This document shows, piece after piece, positions 59,151 through 64,000 of a stretch of DNA of 64,000 nt. Within the stretch, counting starts at the first letter, position 1. Each line of letters begins with the position of its first letter. Made by a program: the position numbers and the translations under genes. Where the stretch lies: assembly GCF_009914755.1 (NCBI RefSeq), contig NC_060929.1; one strand, given 5' to 3'. A model generated the notes under the pieces. It was given only the letters and a program-made list of their open reading frames with translations, did not search any database and was not told where the DNA came from. Source of the DNA: the human T2T-CHM13v2.0 reference genome, Homo sapiens.

Positions 59151-60444
59151 TAAATTTGGAACATAATAACCCCTTGCAAGTACATCAGGTAATGATATTG
59201 TAGGTTCACTGCCAACTCTGGTCGTGGTATTTACAGACACAAGAATGCTGTTTACAGAAACAAGCATGCTAAAGCTCCTTTAAAAAAAAAGTCTTGTGGA
59301 CTTTTTCATGAAGTCTGTCAAGCTGGAAGCAACTATTAGGCATCTGAAAGCACACTTTAATGCATGCTCCAGGGTTCCTGCTGGTGCCTCCTTGAGGAAG
59401 ACTGTGGGAGTACATGGAATTGAGCTGGATGTATCAGACAGTTCTCCATAATCCTATTATTAATGTGCCACTGATAGGACAGGGCACCGCCATTCCTAAG
59501 TGTGGTCATAAAAAAAAAGTGGACTCAGGTCAGAAATCTAAACTATGAAATAATGTTACTAATCTTGGTCAGAATATGTAATTAGTCAAAAATACCTCTC
59601 ATAAACCAAATAAAGTTAATGCTATTTCAGTAGTTTGCTTTACTTCATAAACTTTCAAGAGCCAGGGTGATACTGCGCAGCTGTTGCATAGCGTTTATAA
59701 AGAACAGGGTCTTCTTAGCTACTGTGAACTATGTTCACATCCCAATTATGAAAAGACAAAGCACATGGTCACAGAAAGTATTAATCACATTATTTATGTG
59801 AACCCCTACTTAACCTTATAGCTTGAAGCATTTCATAATAAAAACATTTGAGTTGTTTTAAGTCAGAGGCTGGTTGTGCTCCCGTTAATATTTAAGAAAG
59901 GATAATCCCAGCCCAGTGTGGCAAGGGGGAAATATCACTGAGCTGAGAATTGGTGCAAGTTTCTGATATGCCTCCAGTTGAATGGTGTGGAAAATTAGCC
60001 TCATTTTCTTCTCTATAAAAGCATGGGGTTTGAATATTAGATAATCTCTAAAGGTCCTCCCAATCTAAAAGTCTATGATCCTCTTTGCCTTTCAGATTAG
60101 TTAGCAGCCTAAATTGAGAGACACCCTGTGACTTAATATCATAATTTTGCATGATGACCAGTCCTAGGTTTTCTTTAGATTGGAGATTTTTTTCTTGCAA
60201 ATTGAAATTTTCCAGTTTTTTCTTTTTCCTATGACAATGACCTCATTTCAAAGTGTTAATATTGCTATGATATATCTCTCTTACAAATGTTTTCCCAAAC
60301 AAAAGAATCATCCAAATCAATGTTATCCACGAGCTTCATATTTAAGAACATCTTTAAAATGTTGGATTTGTTTTACTACCTCCTAAGTTTCATACTAAGA
60401 TCTAGCCAGGAAAATAAGGTTGATTTTCAAACAGTAGATTTTAG

Positions 60445-60979
60445 TAAAGGGGCTCACTGACTGATGCACTAGAAGCCAATACTGCAACACTGGGTTTTTT
60501 AGAAAAGAAATGCTTTTTATTGCAAGTCAGCTAACAAGGAGACAGGAGTCCAGCTCAAATCTGTCTCCCTGTGCTGGCTTTAAGGCAGCAATTTTATCTG
60601 AAAAGGTCTAAGGTGTGGATTCTAGGATTAGTAAGTGATTGGTGGAAGGAAAGGGGAGGTGTGGGAAGTCTTTGGCCATGCACAGTTATTCCATCATGCT
60701 ACCTCTTAGATCATGTGTGCAAATTTGGGGGAATTAGTGTAAAACGTGCAATGGAAACTCAGGCTGTGGCATCAGCAAGTTCGTTCTATGCGAACTCCAG
60801 TTGGCCGTGTTGATTCCAACCAATTTCTGCCAATTTTATTATCTTACAAGTGGAGGACATTTCAGAATTTCAGCAAGTTCTTTCTTTTCTTATCTGCTGT
60901 CCTGTAAATTCAAGAATTTATGTTAGTTATTGTTATTAACTCTTATTAATAGTTATTAACTCTTTGGGGAACAATTTCA
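60445..60979 (-). mobile_element. ERV1 MER4-group solo LTR (MER66-like; subfamily uncertain)
   Basis: GCACTAGAAGCCAATACT...CTTTTTATTGCAAGTC...AAGGAGACAGGAG...CTCAAATCTGTCTCCC; ends TTTCA (TGAAA on minus). Confidence 0.65.
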
Positions 60980-61020
60980 CTAGGATCTGTAACCTATCAC
61001 TCTTACACACTCATAGCTGG

Positions 61021-61828
<808 letters not shown>

Positions 61829-62139
61829 GTTGATGTATGTGCTCATTGGCCTTTTGTGGCTTTTTTAAGGAAACAGTATCAACATGATTTGGAAACCACT
61901 CTGACATGAAAAAATTCGGGCTCTATTTTCATCACATTCCTACTTATTTGGACCAATCTTTACAAAGAGGGAAATCCTGTGCTATGACTCATCAGGTATG
62001 AGTTCTATATCTACCCTTGTGCCAGAGTGTAGGCAGAACTCTGGGAATGGCACTACCATTATAGCTACAAGGGATAATGGAGGGGTGGTTCCCAATTAGA
62101 AAAGGCCTTGCTGAAAAGACAACACAATCAATACCATCT

Positions 62140-62620
62140 ACATGGTGACCTGTCTATCTTTCTTGAAAGTCTTTCCTTCTGTGGCTTCTTTGACGCTATG
62201 CTCTCCTGATCTTCTCTTACCTCTCTGGCAACTTTTCCTCAATATCCTTCCAGGGCTCTCGTATTCCATGCCTCTTTCAAAAGTTAGTCTTCCAGTGGGC
62301 TCCATGCTCAGCCCTCTCTTCAATTTCTACAGTCTCTTGGGTGAATGCATATAAACTCATGACTTCAACAGCCACTTCTGTGGCTAATTCTTATCTTTTG
62401 CCTAGACTTTTCAACAAGCTCCAAACACAAATTTTCAATTGTCTGCCATATGTATTTTATAAACACTTCAGATGCAACATATTGTAAAGCTGAATTTATC
62501 AAGTTTCTCAGAAATCTGATTACCCCTCTCTTAGTCACTATCATTTCCATCACAAGCTAAAGTACATCTTAGGCCAATGCCAAAACCCTCTCTTCCCTTC
62601 GTGGTTTATATTTGAGTATT
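62140..62620 (+). mobile_element. L2 RT fragment
   Basis: ORF 62142-62354 contains KVSLPVGSMLSPLFNFYS, a decayed GVPQGSVLGPLLF non-LTR RT motif. Confidence 0.7.
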
Positions 62621-63329
62621 GTAGACAAAAAAAAATCAAAGTAAGGGTAATTCTCTACAGATCTTTAGCGTTAACTGTGAAGTTAATGTCACAGAGAACC
62701 AGAGGGTTGCATGGATGTTCTAGTAGCAGGTGCGGGTTTTGGGGTGTGGGTAGGGCTTGGGGGTGAAAAGTGGCTATAATGACATTAAGAAAGAGAAGGG
62801 AAGTGCAGGAAGAAGGATGGTCAGCCTCAAAAACAAACATCACTGCTTTACTACTTTGGCAGGGGCTTGCCCTTACTGATCCCAGAGCAAGCAAGGCCAT
62901 GTGACACATCTCAGTAAAAATTTATGCTTGGAATATACATCCCTAGAGACTCAGAGAGGACAGAATCACAGACATTTATGAATTCAAATGAGGCACTTAA
63001 GATCATTATGATACTCATGAAATTTTTGCTAAAATGGGAAATGTAATAGTAATTTTAGCCAAAACTCACACAGAAGCTGTGTCAAAAGCCAAAAGTAAGT
63101 ATTCTTTGAGCATCCACTAGAAGCCCAGTTTTATGCCATATTTATTAATAGTAAATAAAAGTCAGAAGACTTGGTTATTTCTCACATGGAATGTAAATCT
63201 ACATAGGGAGATGAAATGAACAACAAATACCTCACCTACTGTGTGGTCCATACATTCTGTCTCTTTTCCACATTTTCGGTTCGGCTTTCCTGAATTTGTT
63301 GCTGAGTTCTTTACATACTCTGCTGCTTG

Positions 63330-63640
63330 TTATTTCTGAGTGTTTTCCAAAGTTATGTCTTCTCTCATTCTCGTTTCTGAAGTTCACCTTCCTCATTCCT
63401 GTTTCATCTGACTAATTCCTAATTAGTTCTTTGATTAGAAAGCCTTCCAGACCTCAAGATGAATTTGGATACGTGAGATTAGAGCATTAAAAAAAGTAAT
63501 AGAAAAGCATTCACTCTGTTTTGGTTGCTAATTATTTATTTATGTTTCCCACAATGCCATGAATTCTGGGACACTGTCTTGTTCATTGTATACATGTGCA
63601 CTTGATAACTACTTGTTGAAAAAGAATGGATCATTGATTT
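63330..63640 (+). mobile_element. L2 3' end fragment
   Basis: AAAGCCTTCCAGACC...GGGACACTGTCTTGTTCATTGTAT...CTTGTTGAAAAAGAATGGA. Confidence 0.5.
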
Positions 63641-64000
63641 TTTATTAAAACAATGTAGGAATTCAATAAAGAAAGTGGCACTTGAGTTTAGGCTTATAGG
63701 ACACCTAGGAAACCAAGTGATAGAGGAGACAGCAGAAGGAGCCAAAATCAGTTGACAGAAAGGACCATGGACTTGTATATGAGGATTAAAAGGAGATTTG
63801 ATTCATGTTAAAGCAAATCATTCCCAACTTGAGACCTGCAAATCCCAATGTAATAATAATGAGAACATTATTTATTTTTAACATTTCAAAAAACCATATA
63901 CAATGTTAGTGTATACTACATAGTTCCATCTATGCCATATGTACTTATGTTGTTATGAAACATTCTCAAACAATAATCATCAAAAAAGAAAAATGAAAAG

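Noticed and set aside
59230-59271. 21-bp imperfect tandem duplication TTTACAGA(C/A)ACAAG(A/C)ATGCT
   Set aside because: Ordinary small slippage duplication; similar trivial cases at ~12757-12783 and ~60932-60965.

Overview
This is AT-rich, CpG-poor, repeat-dense human non-coding DNA (intronic or intergenic). A near-consensus AluYb8, a human-specific subfamily, fixes the species. I find no credible protein-coding gene, tRNA, rRNA, CpG island or CRISPR array; the ORFs I could assign come from Alu, L1, L2, Tigger or microsatellite sequence, and the rest look like chance ORFs. The window holds 11 full or partial Alus plus one free monomer, a 5.8-kb internally deleted L1MA nested in an MLT1A LTR, an L1PA 3' fragment carrying a solo LTR7 (HERV-H), an inverted (twin-primed) L1PB, a complete MLT2A2 LTR, many older MaLR/ERVL/L2/MIR/CR1/DNA-transposon fossils, a full-length U1 snRNA retrocopy and several microsatellites. 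The most unusual signal is a 97-bp, 95/97-identical reverse-complement copy of apparently unique sequence (36820-36916) pasted 7.1 kb away inside a (TA)n tract (44048-44144), a recent templated-insertion repair scar. Two older scars of similar type lie at ~21425-21475 and ~27330-27411. I do not see evidence of a new multi-gene system. Repeat subfamily names come from recalled consensus sequences and need RepeatMasker/Dfam confirmation; boundaries of old elements are approximate.
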